Source: Narcine bancroftii (taxonomy: Eukaryota). From it: 64,000 nucleotides of DNA. This document shows positions 48,678 to 60,500 of the stretch, one piece after another. Positions within the stretch are counted from its first letter, which is position 1. The number at the start of each line of letters is the position of its first letter. The DNA lies in contig NC_091476.1 of the NCBI RefSeq assembly GCF_036971445.1, positions 157,604,001 to 157,668,000 of the forward strand. Direction: 5' to 3'. A program made the translations under genes and the position numbers. Below the pieces are notes generated by a model, which made no database searches, was not told where the DNA came from, and was given only the letters and a program-made list of their open reading frames with translations.

Positions 48678-50810
48678 TTTGAGTTCAGATTTATTGTCCG
48701 AGTATATAAATGACACCCTAAGATTCTTTTTTTTTTGTGTGTGGGCGAGGCACTTATTAATAGTGCAAAAAAAGATTGCACTATTGTTATGCCTCACCAG
48801 CAGCAATTGAAAGAGATATAAATAAATGGGTTAAGTTTAACTCAAAAAATTTATTAGCAATTGGCCATAATATGATTATCTCCAACCTAAGCCGTTATGG
48901 CAACAATATAGTAACAATGTGTATGTGAAAAAAATACTCAGACCATTACAGTCTAAGCCCAAAATAAACTCCCAAAACAAAACCTCAAGTTAGTCTCATC
49001 AAGTAAGTCAGTCAAAAGAACAGTCCACAGAATCTGCTCTCCAGGTTTTAATGTGTTAGTTCAGTTGTGCACTGGTCTTTGAGTTGAATGTGGAGAGAGA
49101 TGACTTATCACTGAGCAGACTTACAACCTTGGCGGGTGAATACAGGAAACTTTCCTTAGTTTCTCGTGTGGTAGCGACCACCTTCAGTTTTCTCTCAAGG
49201 GAGTTTCTCACTAGTCAATAGCATGAAGTCTGCATCTCCGAAACCCTCTTTGGGGTTAGATCAGGTGACCCTCTGCCATACGGACTGTGTTAGTTCAGTT
49301 GTGCACTGGTCTTTGAGTTGAATGTGGAGAGAGATGACTTATCACTGAGCAGACTTACAACCTTGGCGGGTGAATACAGGAAACTTTCCTTAGTTTCTCG
49401 TGTGGTAGCGACCACCTTCAGTTTTCTCTCAAGGGAGTTTCTCACTAGTCAATAGCATGAAGTCTGCATCTCCGAAACCCTCTTTGGGGTTAGATCAGGT
49501 GACCCTCTGCCATACGGACTTCTCTGCCAAAACCCTGCCTTGGGTTATACCAAATAACTTTTGTCACACAAAGTCCTCTTCTCGAAAGGGGACTGGAGAA
49601 GCATAGGTTAGACACACACTCTGGAAATTAGAGTGTAAAATTTGCTGTCAGAGTAGCAATGCTGTCACTGCAAATAGAGCAGCTCAGCATCTTGCCTTTT
49701 GGCTGAAGCTGCCAGGTGAACACACTGATAGCTTGTTCCTCAGTGCGTTGGATTGTTTAACTACCACAGCACGCGTCTTCAGCACTCCTGATTGGAGGAG
49801 AGGGGTAGACAACAGCGGGCGAGCCCACTGGTTTCAACGTGCGGCTCTCATGTTCCACACAGTTGTTCACTCTCCCAGCTTGCTACTCTAGTGTTCCACA
49901 CAGCACATGCTCCTTTCTCCCGCTGCACAGTCAATCACGACCCCTGGTCAGAAATAAAGCTGACCATGGTCCATAACTGTTTACATGTAAACAGATAATG
50001 AATGTAAACAAACCAACTGCAATACAGAGAAAATTTAAAAAAAAGTGCACAAGTAAGAGTCCCTATTGAGTTTGTCATTGAGGAGTCTGATGGTGGAGGG
50101 GTAGCAGCTGTTCCTGAACCTGGTGGTGCAAGTCTTGTGGCACCTGTACCTCTTTCCTGACGGCAGCAGCAAGAACAGATTATGTGCTGGATGGTGTGGA
50201 TCCTTGATGATTGCTGCTGCTCTCTGACGGCAGTGTTCCCTGTACATTTTACCTGTGATGTCATGGCCTGTGTCCACTACTCTTTAGAGGGCTTTACACT
50301 CAGGGGTATTGTTGTCCCCATACCAGACCATCATGCAGCTGGTCAGCCTACTTTCCACTGCACATCTGTAGAAATTTGCCAATGTTTCTGGTGCCTTTCC
50401 AGAAACCTCTGCCAACTCCTGAGGAAGTAGAGGCACTGATGTGTTTCATGATCCTCCGAGATAGTGACTCCCAAGAACTTAAATTTGCTCACCCTCCCCA
50501 CCTCTGATCCACCAGTAATCACTGGATTGTACACCTCTGGCTTTCTCTTCCTGAAGTTAACAATTAGCTCTTTAGTTTTGGTGACATTGAGTGCAAGGTT
50601 GTTAGTGCACCATTCAACCAAGTTTTCAATCTCCCTTCTGTGTGGTGACTCATCACCTTTCTTTATACAGCCCACTACAGTGGTATCCTTGGCAAATTTG
50701 TAGATGGTGTTATTGTCATACTGAGCCACACAGTCGAAAGTATAAAGTGAGTAGAGCGGGGGCTAAAAATGCAGTCCTATGGTGTTCCGGTACTGATGGA
50801 GATTGCTTGA
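48678..50810 (-). mobile_element. Rex1/Babar-like LINE fragment split by an LTR-like insert
   Basis: NTIYKFAKDTTVVGCI..DES..RREIENLVEWC..NLALNVTKTKELIV and LLPSGKRYR..TTRFRNS.YP; the 3' end lies at 48678-48784. Confidence 0.8.
48785..49977. mobile_element. Solo LTR-like insert with an internal 234-bp tandem duplication
   Basis: Starts TGTTATG and ends ..CATAAC; interrupts the Rex1 3' UTR; 49052-49285 is duplicated at 49286-49519. Confidence 0.6.
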
Positions 50811-51387
50811 CACTCCTCATTGATGGTGATTTTCATGATCAGCAACTTAAAATCCATAAAATGCACCCATAAGTGTTCAGGAAGAAAATCTTTGTTGTCC
50901 AGTGTTATTCCTCTGTACTGGGCAAAATGAGCAAACTGCCAAGAGAAAGGACTGAGGAAGGGAGGGATCGTGAAGAATAAAGAAATTATACCTATTAGGA
51001 AGGAGTCCAAAGTTGTCGAGGTGGTACAATGCTAGTGGTGCAGTCTAACCACTGAGGACAATTAGAGAAAGAAAACAAAACAAACAAGGTAAAAGAGGCA
51101 GGTAGAATTTCGTTTGAAGAGAGAAGCGATTTCCTTGGTTTATTTTTCATCTCTCTGCTGCATTCTTTTATCTCCATCCTCACAGAATGTTCCCATGCCA
51201 TGTCTTTGATTGAGTTCATAACATTCTGGAGGTGGAGGGTGAGCAATGACATTGATAGAAACAGGGATGAGGTCTTGGAGGGAATATAGGGAGTTAGGAA
51301 AAAAGTTGAAAAGCAGGGCCTCAGATGTGGTAATCTTGGGATTGCTGCCTGTGCTACATGCCAGAGAGGATAGGAATAGGAAGTTAT

Positions 51388-54300
51388 GTGTGGTAAACCA
51401 CTATTACACTATGATTGGCCACTGCCGGCTGGGCATGCCTCCCGAGACTGATCCTACCCATTACCCCTTGCATTCTTCCCAGTCTTCCAACCATGATCAG
51501 TTGATGAGGTTGGTTGGTGCTCCAGTTTATAGTCAATAAAAGCCTATCAGTTTCACAATCTCAGTTTTTTGTGGTAATCGACGGTGCATCAATTTTATTG
51601 ACTATAATTTTTCAAAGAAAATGGATCAATAGCTGAAGGCAGAGAGATTCTACATAGACCCTTGATGCTCTGGTGCTCAGAACACGTTCGAACTCTGGCT
51701 ACGTTGCTTTGAGGACTTCTAAATGGTGATCGTGAACGTTGTTAACATGGACGAGGACAGACTGAAACTCCTCTCCTCACGAGTCAGATGCCTGGCCGTC
51801 CCAATGATCAACAACACCAAATCATATGTGGAGTCTATGAGCACACTGAAGGTCCAGTATCGCAGAAGGGTGAATAAGGTCTATGCATGACACCTCTTGA
51901 CTACCAGTAAGCAGTGACCCAGTGAGTACCTACGGGCCCTCTGCAGAGTGTGCAACTGTAAAGCTGTGACGGCCACCCAGAATACAGAGGACCTCATCCA
52001 GATGCCTACGTGGCCAGCATCTGGTCTGGAATCATAAGACAGTGACTCCTGGAGCAGAAGGTACTTGACCTGCAAAGGGCAGTTGAATTAACAGAGATGC
52101 TGGAGATGGCCCTCCAAAACTCGGACGACTACTTGGCTGCCGCAATCCTAGGACAGGACCATCTCACACAGTGAGCAAATGGTCGCAAGCATCACCACAC
52201 TTCTCCAGCGACCTGACCTTGGCAGCCATGGTGGGTGATTGCCCCAAATGTTTCTTCTGCAGGCAGGGCAAGCACCCGAGGAAATGCTGCCCTGCCTAGA
52301 AGGTGGTATGTGCAAGATGCGGGAAAAGAGGACATTACACAAATATCTGCAAGTCTAACTTAGCCACGAAGCCTAGCAGCACCGCGTAGGGACAGTCAGC
52401 ATGATCAGCGCCAGCCCCCCGTGGACCAATGACGCCACATGCAAGACACATGGGGGGCCATCATCTCGGACTGCTCAACTGGCACCATCTTGAGCCTATG
52501 GCAACACAGGGGAACAGTGAGGGCAGCCATCTTGGGAACTTGGGCCCTGATCAGATTTGGACAGTGAGTGACCACATGAACTCGCCAGATCCATGATGGA
52601 TGTCCAGGTAAATGGGTGCATAACAAACTGTTTGTTTGATAGCAGGAGTATGGAAAACTTTATTTACCCCCAATACAGCTAAGCTCCTATCCCTCGTAGA
52701 GCAGCCAGTCAACCATAAGATAACACTTGCATTCATATCCCAAATGGCAGATATCTACGGGTCCTGTACGATGACTTTGACCATTAGAGGCACAGTTTAC
52801 AAGCACTTCAGGTTCCTCGTCATGCCATAGCTCTGCGTCCCCTTGCTACTGGGGTTGGACTTCTAGTGCCAACTTAAGAGCATTTCATTGGAGTTTGATA
52901 GGCCCCCTTCGCCCCCTCACCATTTGCAACAAACAGCTTCTAGATGGCCCTCTGTGCATGACCTGTAAGCTCTTGACCTTCAAAGTCACCACTCCACTGC
53001 TGTTCGTGAACCATACTCCTGACTGCAAGCTGGTGGCCACCAGGAGCAGGCAATACTGGGCCGCAGACAGAGGATTCATCAAATCAGAGGTGCAGTATTT
53101 GTTGGGCGAAGGCATCATTGAGGCTAGCAATAGTCTCTGGAGAGCTCAGGTGGTTGTTGTAAAGAACGGGGCGAAGAACTGGATAACCATATAACCATAT
53201 AATAATTACAGCACGGAAACAGGCCAATTTGGCCCTTCTAGTCTGCACTGATCCAAGTACCCTCCTCTAATCCCACTTACCAGCACTCTGCCCATATCCC
53301 TGCAACCACCTTAAAAAATAAAGTCACAATGTTTGAACAAATTTGGGAACCATACATGGATCATAACAGAGAGAGCTTGCCTATGACTTCCAACCCCTAA
53401 AATGAGAATGAAAATGATAAAAAGACAAAACGACTAGATTCAGTGTGTAATAAATAGATGACATATTTTTCTCGTTTATTTTCCTTTGTGTGAAAATATT
53501 GTTTTATGGTTTTATTGTATTGTATATGTTGAATGTTTATGGGTTTTGGAGGGGGATGGGTAGAGGGGAAGGAGGGAAGTGGGGGGGGGAAGGGGAGAAA
53601 AGACCACTGTGTAAATTTAATGAGATACGTTTGTACATATTTTGGTTGATATGGTTCACAGTGTTAAAAATTTTAAAAAATTAAAAAAAGGACAACATTG
53701 CCAAGGCGGCAATGCATACTATAGATGAGTTCATGCCATTCCAGATGGAGAGCAATGCACCTGACTTCACCCTGGCTGCCACACTCAACCAAGCAGACAG
53801 ACCCATCGCCTTCTCCTCATGCACCCTCCAAGGCCCTGAAGACTGCCATTCCTCATTCGAAAAGGAGCCCCAGGCCATCATGGAGGCAGTATGCCTCTGG
53901 AGGCCGTACCTCGCTGGCAAACGATTCACCCTCCTCACGGACTAGTGGGCGGCCACTTTCATGTTCAATAGTAAGCAGAAGGGCAAAATCAAGAATGATA
54001 AAATCAAACTGTCCATATCCTGTACAGGCCTGGCAAGCTTAATGAGCCCCCAGATGCCCACTTCTGCGGGACATGCTAGTATGCAGATGGACAAATTGCA
54101 GACTCTCCACAACAACCTCTGCCACCCTGAAGTGACTAGGTTCTTCCATTTCATTAAAGCATGGAACCTACCATACTCTTTCTTTTCTTTTCCAATCTTT
54201 TATTATTATTATAATTTATAAACACATACAGTTCAAAGAGATATGAAAAATACATAGTAAATAACAAATTAATACAGAGATATTAAACAATAATATTGCA

Positions 54301-55740
54301 GAATAAAAATATATCATAAAATTTTTTTTTAGATCAGTTTAGAGTATGAACTATCTCTAAAAAAAATGATATAATTAATAAAAATATATAAAAAAAAGAG
54401 AGAAAAAAACCCCAAAAAGGAAGAAAAAACAAATCTGAATTAAAAACTTTAAAAAAAACCTACCGATATAGTTAAATCACGCCGATCACTCCGATCTCAT
54501 CTAACAGCCCAATTATCATACATAATCATAAAAAGAAAACAGAGCCAGATCAACTCACCACAAATGAAAATATTGAATAAATGGTCGCCAGGTTAACTCA
54601 AACTTAGAAGGGGATTCATAGACAGAGTTTCTAATTTTCTCTAAATTCAAACATAGTATAGTTTGGGTAAACCATTGGAAAACAGTGGGAGGATTAACCT
54701 CTTTCCAATTCAATAGTATAGATCTTCTAGCCATTAGTGTAAGAAAAGCAATCATACGATCCGCAGGAAGAGATAAATAAGTCAAATCTATCATAGGTAA
54801 TCCAAAAATTGCAGTAATGGGATGTGGTTGTAATTCAATATTCAAAACGGTAGATATAATGGAAAAAATTTCCTTCCAATAATTCTGTAAAGAGGGACAG
54901 GACCAAAACATTTGTGTAAGGGAAGCTATTTCCAATTGACATTTATCACATATAGGATCGATAGGAAAATAAAAACGATGGAGTTTATCTTTAGACATAT
55001 GAGCTCTATGAACAACTTTAAACTGTATCAGTGAATGTTTTGCACATAGAGAAGAGGAGTTTACCAGTCGCAGAATTTTATTCCAATTTTCATTGGAAAT
55101 ATGAAGGTTGAGTTCTCTTTCCCAATCATTTTTAAACTTTCCAAAAGTCCCAGAATTTATTTTTGTAATTATATAATTTAGATATCACAACTTTTGGAGG
55201 GAATTTTGAATATAGTATATCCTCTAAAACAGTCGTAGTCTCCCGATTGGGAAAAGAGGGTAAAGTCGAAACTAAGAAACTCCTAATCTGCAAATATCGA
55301 AAGAAATGAGATCTAGGTAAATTATATTTCATGGATAATTGTTCAAATGACATGAAAGAGTTATCCAAGAATAAATTGGAAAAGCATGTTATACCTTTAA
55401 CTTTCCAGAGTAAATAAGCTTGATCAATTAGAGAGGGATGAAAAAAGAAATTTAGTACAATAGGGGTTTCCAAGATAAAATGACTTAGGCCAAAAAATCT
55501 CCGGAATTGAAACCATATACGTAGTGTATGTTTAGCCATTGGATTATCAATTAGTTTATATAGTTTAGTAAGAGTAAAAGGGAGAGCTACCATACTCCAT
55601 TGAGGAAGTCAGAACAATGACCAAAAACAGCCAGGTCTGTGCTGAGTGCAAACTGGACTTCTACCGTCCAACAAGGTGCACATGATCAAAGCTACTCACC
55701 CCTTCGAGCACCTGAGCATCAATTTCAAGGGGCCAGAGAG
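51388..55740 (+). mobile_element. Decayed Gypsy LTR retrotransposon with nested insertions
   Basis: 5' LTR TGTGGT..AATAAA..CATCA (51388-51590); gag zinc knuckles (CARCGKRGHY..IC); protease-like LFDS; RT start (GIIEASNSLWRAQVVVVK); RNase H (LAATLNQADRPIAF..RFTLLTD); integrase zinc finger (HNNLCHP..C..C). Confidence 0.85.
54179..55586 (-). mobile_element. L1-clade LINE, 5'-truncated, inserted in the Gypsy integrase
   Basis: ORF2 C-terminus with a cysteine-rich motif (CDKC....SLTQMFWSC); 11-bp TSD CTACCATACTC at 54168-54178 and 55587-55597. Confidence 0.92.
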
Positions 55741-55859
55741 GTCACATGACTCCACAATACATATCCTCACCAGATTCCAGACAGAATGGCCACATTATCC
55801 TGACAAGCCACACTCCCACCAGTTTACAGAAGGAGAAGCCACATGACCCTCCACAATAC

Positions 55860-56780
55860 AGATCTTTGCTCTTTGTGATTTTAATAAATGACCTAGATGA
55901 AGAGACAGAAGAATGGATCAGTACATTTGTGGATAATATAAAGGTTGGAGGAGTTGTGGGTGGTTCAGAAGTTTGTCGTAGGTTACAAAAGGATATAGAC
56001 AGGATGCAGAGTTAGGAGAAAAAGTGGCAGATGGAGTTCAATCTGGATAAGTGTGAGGTGATGCATTTTGGAAGGCCAACCCAGAAGGTTGAGTACAGGT
56101 CGGTAACTTAAGAGTGTGAATGAACAGAGTAACTTGGTGTCCAAATCCATACATCTCTCAAGGTTGCTGCACAGTTTTTAAGGATAAGTTAAGAAAACTG
56201 CTAGGATGTTCGGCTTAATTAATAGGGGGATTGAATTCAAGAGCAAAGAGGTTATGTTGCAACTCTATAAATCTTTGTTGAGACTATACTTACAGTATTG
56301 TGTTCCATTCTGGTCACCTCATTGTAGGAAGGATGTGGAAGCTATGGAGAGGCTGCAGTGGAGATTTACCAGGATTCTGTCTGGATTGGAAAATAAGTCT
56401 TATGAGGCAAGGTTAGCAGAGCTGGGATTTTTCTCTTTGGCATGTAAAAGAATGAGAGGCAACTTAATCGAGGTCTTCAAGATTATGAGAAGCTTTGATA
56501 AGGTGGACAGCCAACACCTTTTTTCTAAGGGCAGGAATAGCAAAGTCCGATGTATATATGTACAAAGCAAAGTTTAGGGGATACATTGGGTTTTTTGTTT
56601 TTGCAGAGAGTTATGGGTTCCTGGAATGCCTTGCTAGGGGTGGTGGTGGAGGCTGAAACATTAGGAGTATTTAAGAGGCTCAGAGAGGAGAAATAGAGAG
56701 TTACGAGTACGGAGAGTTTAATACTTTTTTTTAAAGGAATATATGGATCTGCACAATGTTGAGGACTGTGCTGTGTGTTC
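55860..56780 (+). mobile_element. CR1-clade LINE 3' fragment
   Basis: LLFVILINDLD and LQYCVPFWSPH..KDVEAMERLQ.RFTR, plus the 3' UTR. Confidence 0.85.
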
Positions 56781-57559
56781 GACATTCCCTTCCCATCATC
56801 TTGGAACAGAAACAGACCTTCCAGATGGAGTAGCATTTCAATTGCTTTTCTTCGAATTTAATGTGCTTGTTTTGGTACCATAGCATGGTGTCTTCTGCAT
56901 TTTGCTTCTGATTTCCATCAGTTGCTATATTTGACATCTCACAGCCACAGAATGCTCTTTATTTATTTTGTCTCCTGATTCTCAGCCACTTGTTACTACC
57001 ATATTGAACACCAAAAACATTGCACAACCGTTGGTCTCCAGCCAATGATAGATCTTCCCTTTTTCCACTCCATTTATCCCTTTAGAACGATTCATCTCCT
57101 GAGCCCCTCATTTTTTTTTGTGTCTTAACTAATTGTTTGAAAGGCTGCATGTGGAATTTCCACGACAGCCATTGAGATGCCTCTGAGACGTAGATGGAAA
57201 AGAAACGCAGGTGCTGAAAATAAAATCCAAAAATGCTGGCAGCACTCAGCAAGGCCGGCAGAATAGTTGGAAAGACAATCTGAGTTCACATTTCGGGTCC
57301 GAGAACCTATGTCAGTCAACCTGGAGGTTTTTCCATTTCGTATGTCTTTCAATACCTGAACATGATGATGTACAGATTTGAGATGGATCACTGGCTATTT
57401 CTCTCCACTTCAACCTAAGAACATGGAGGAGAGTAAATCCTTCAGAGAAAGATTTCTCCTTTCATTCATTTAGATCATCAGAGAAAGTCAGAGAGAATCC
57501 ACTGAAAACAATAATCCATTTTTATGGATAATATTTCAGTTACAAAAAGTGAGAGATAT

Positions 57560-60500
57560 GGGAGGTGTGGCAAGATGGCGTAGAGGGAAGACGTGTAGTT
57601 CCACCTTTCCCCAGTTAGACTTATACATATCCAATTTTAAAACTTGTAAAAGTGGTTAAAAATAGTTTTTACAGACTTTGGAATAGTGGAGGATTGAAAT
57701 GGCTACAAACGTGAAGAAATCAAAAGCTCAATTGCAAAAGAAATGACCTTATATAAGTGTTGAAAAATCGAGGCCTACCTACCAAGTTGAAGCCATGGAG
57801 TTATCGATTGGAGCTCCCAAGCCTCAGAGGACTCCTGCCCGGCTAAGTATTATGCCGGCGCCGATCACGCGTTCGCAAGATAGTGCCGGTTCAGTGACAA
57901 GCTCAGCCAGCCCTGACCTCACATGCCTGTGAACCCAGGTGCGTGGGCGGATCAGCTGAGTGAGGACAGACTCGTGAGCCCGCAGTAATTCCTGGTGGTC
58001 CAGGGGCGCGCAGTATAGCGTCAGAAGACGCACCTGTGCGGTCAGTGACTTTGCCGGGCATGTGCGGTGCATCGCGGGTCTGTGAGTTATTGGAAAAGGT
58101 GTGGGCTGTGGGGGAGCCCGAAAGATGGCGGGCTGATGAGGTCGCCGCACTGTCGATGGGTGTCCAGACCCGCAGCTTCACTGGAAGAGGAGCCACTGCG
58201 TTAGGGGAGGAAGAGAGCTCAACGATACTGGAATTAACACAGGAAGAAATGGGGACTGAGACTAGAGAAGGTAGGCCTCAAGGGGAAGTGATGGAACCTG
58301 GACTGTATTTTGTGTTTACAATATTGGAAGGAATTGTTCATCAAATGGAAAACATGTCAATGCAGATGTCTATTCAGATAAACCAAGGATTTATGGAAGT
58401 GAAAACTAAACTGAATAATGTGTGAAGAAATGACTTCTATGAAGAAAGATATGACTGTAGTTAAAAGTGATGTTAGCAGATGTATAAAAACAGTAGATAC
58501 TGTACAGGATAATCTTTTAAAAATTGAAGAAGCTTTTTTTGAATAAGAATTAAGCAGAGCGAAATAGAGAAAAAGTGGAGGACTCTTTCGTGGACTAGGG
58601 GGATTCAGAAGAAGGAATTATTGTAGATTGATTCATTAGAGAATCAAGATCGAAGAAAAAATGTAAAAATAGTAGGTCTTCCAGAAGATATGGAAGGCTC
58701 AGATCTGGTAAAATTTTAAAAGAAATAGATTCGTGAGGTACTGGGCAAGGAATTTTTTCCGGATGGTCTCGAGTTGGATCAAATGCATAGAGCATTGAGG
58801 AAAAAACCGTTTCCAGGTCAACCACCGAGGGCAGTTCTGATTCATTGTTTGAAATATCAAGATAGAGAAATGATATTACGAGTTGTGGTGCAGAAGCCAT
58901 GGCAAAATCAGACTCCAATGATGGTTCAAAATAACAGAGTGTTTTTCTATGCAGATTTGAGTCAAGAAATTTTTAGAAGGCGCCGAGAATTTAATTCAGC
59001 TAAAGAAATGTTGTGGCGAAAGGGTTACAAGTTTGCCTTTCATTACCTGGCTGTACTTAAAAGTTTTTTATGGAAATTTTCAGTCTCAACTTTTTGAAAA
59101 TGATCATAATGCATTAATTTTTGCTAATTCGTTGCCAGATTTGCGAGGAAATGGTCGGTCACCATTATTGTCGGAAACACGGAAAGAAAGGAAAGAAGGT
59201 TGAATTTACGCAAAGTCTTCTTGATATTGAAGACCCGGAACAATCAATGGGATTGGAATCACTGTGTTGAATATGTCTGAATAATTACTTTGTGAAAGTC
59301 TGATTTGATGGGGGGGGGGGGCGGGGCGGGGTGGATGACACTGAGACCTGTTAGTCATCTGCCACTAGTGGGTTTTACCACACCCAGATTTTTAGGGAGT
59401 TACTACTTTTTAGTAGTTTACTGAGGGGAAGTTTATATATATTTATGTTTTTGTGGTATTTTTATATTGGGGGAGGGTTTAGAATATTTAGGGAATTAGA
59501 AAGGGGAGTAATATTTTATAGTAAAGTTTTTACTGAAATGTCTAATTTGAACTTTGCAACTTTTAATGTGCAAGAATTGAATAATCATGTTAAGCGTAAA
59601 CGGGTATTGGCTTATATAAAAAAAAATGGAAGTCGATATTGCTTTTTTTCAAGAGACACATTTGTCTGAAAAAGAACATATGAAATTGAAGAGAGATTGG
59701 GTTGGTCATGTATTTTCTTCTTCTTTTAATTCCAAGGCGAGAGGAGTAGCAATCTTAATTCATAAGAAATTACCATTTGAATTAGAATCCTTTGAAGGTA
59801 ATGCAGGGAGGGTTTTGAAGGTGAATTGTAAATTTTTTGCTGAATCATGGACTTTGTCAAATATCTACGCACCAAATGTGGATGAAGAAAGGTTTATGTC
59901 GGAGGCTTTTTTTCTTGTTAAATCAGGCCAAGGAAAATATTTTGGTTGGGGGAGATTTTAACTGTGTTTTAGACTCTTTGTTGGAACGGTCTCCGAAAAG
60001 TATAATGAAATCAAAGATGGCAATACAAATAGGGGCCTTGATGAAAGATTTGAATTTAATTGATATTTGGAGGATAGTAAATCCTACAGAGAAAGATTTC
60101 TCCTTTCATTCATTTAGACATGATTCATTTTTAGAATATATATTTACAAGGTAGAGTACTCCAAGCCAAATATAAAAGCCGGGTCATATCGTATTATTCT
60201 AATTTGTTTTTCTCTTGGGCAAGTCTGGAAGTCATGCAATTGTCTTATAGATGGTGGCTTAATACAATGCTGTTAAAGAACCAGAATTTGTTACTTTTGT
60301 TAAGGAGCAGATTGCTTTATTTCTGGCTGAGAATATTAATACAGTAAGTAGTACTTTTGTATTATGGGATGCTTTGAAAGCATATTTCTGTGGGCAAATT
60401 ATTAATTATACTACGAAAGTTAAAAAAAAACAATATGTGGTGGAAAGCTTAACATTGGAGAAACAAATTACTGAGTTGGAGAAGGAATTTCAGAAAGATG

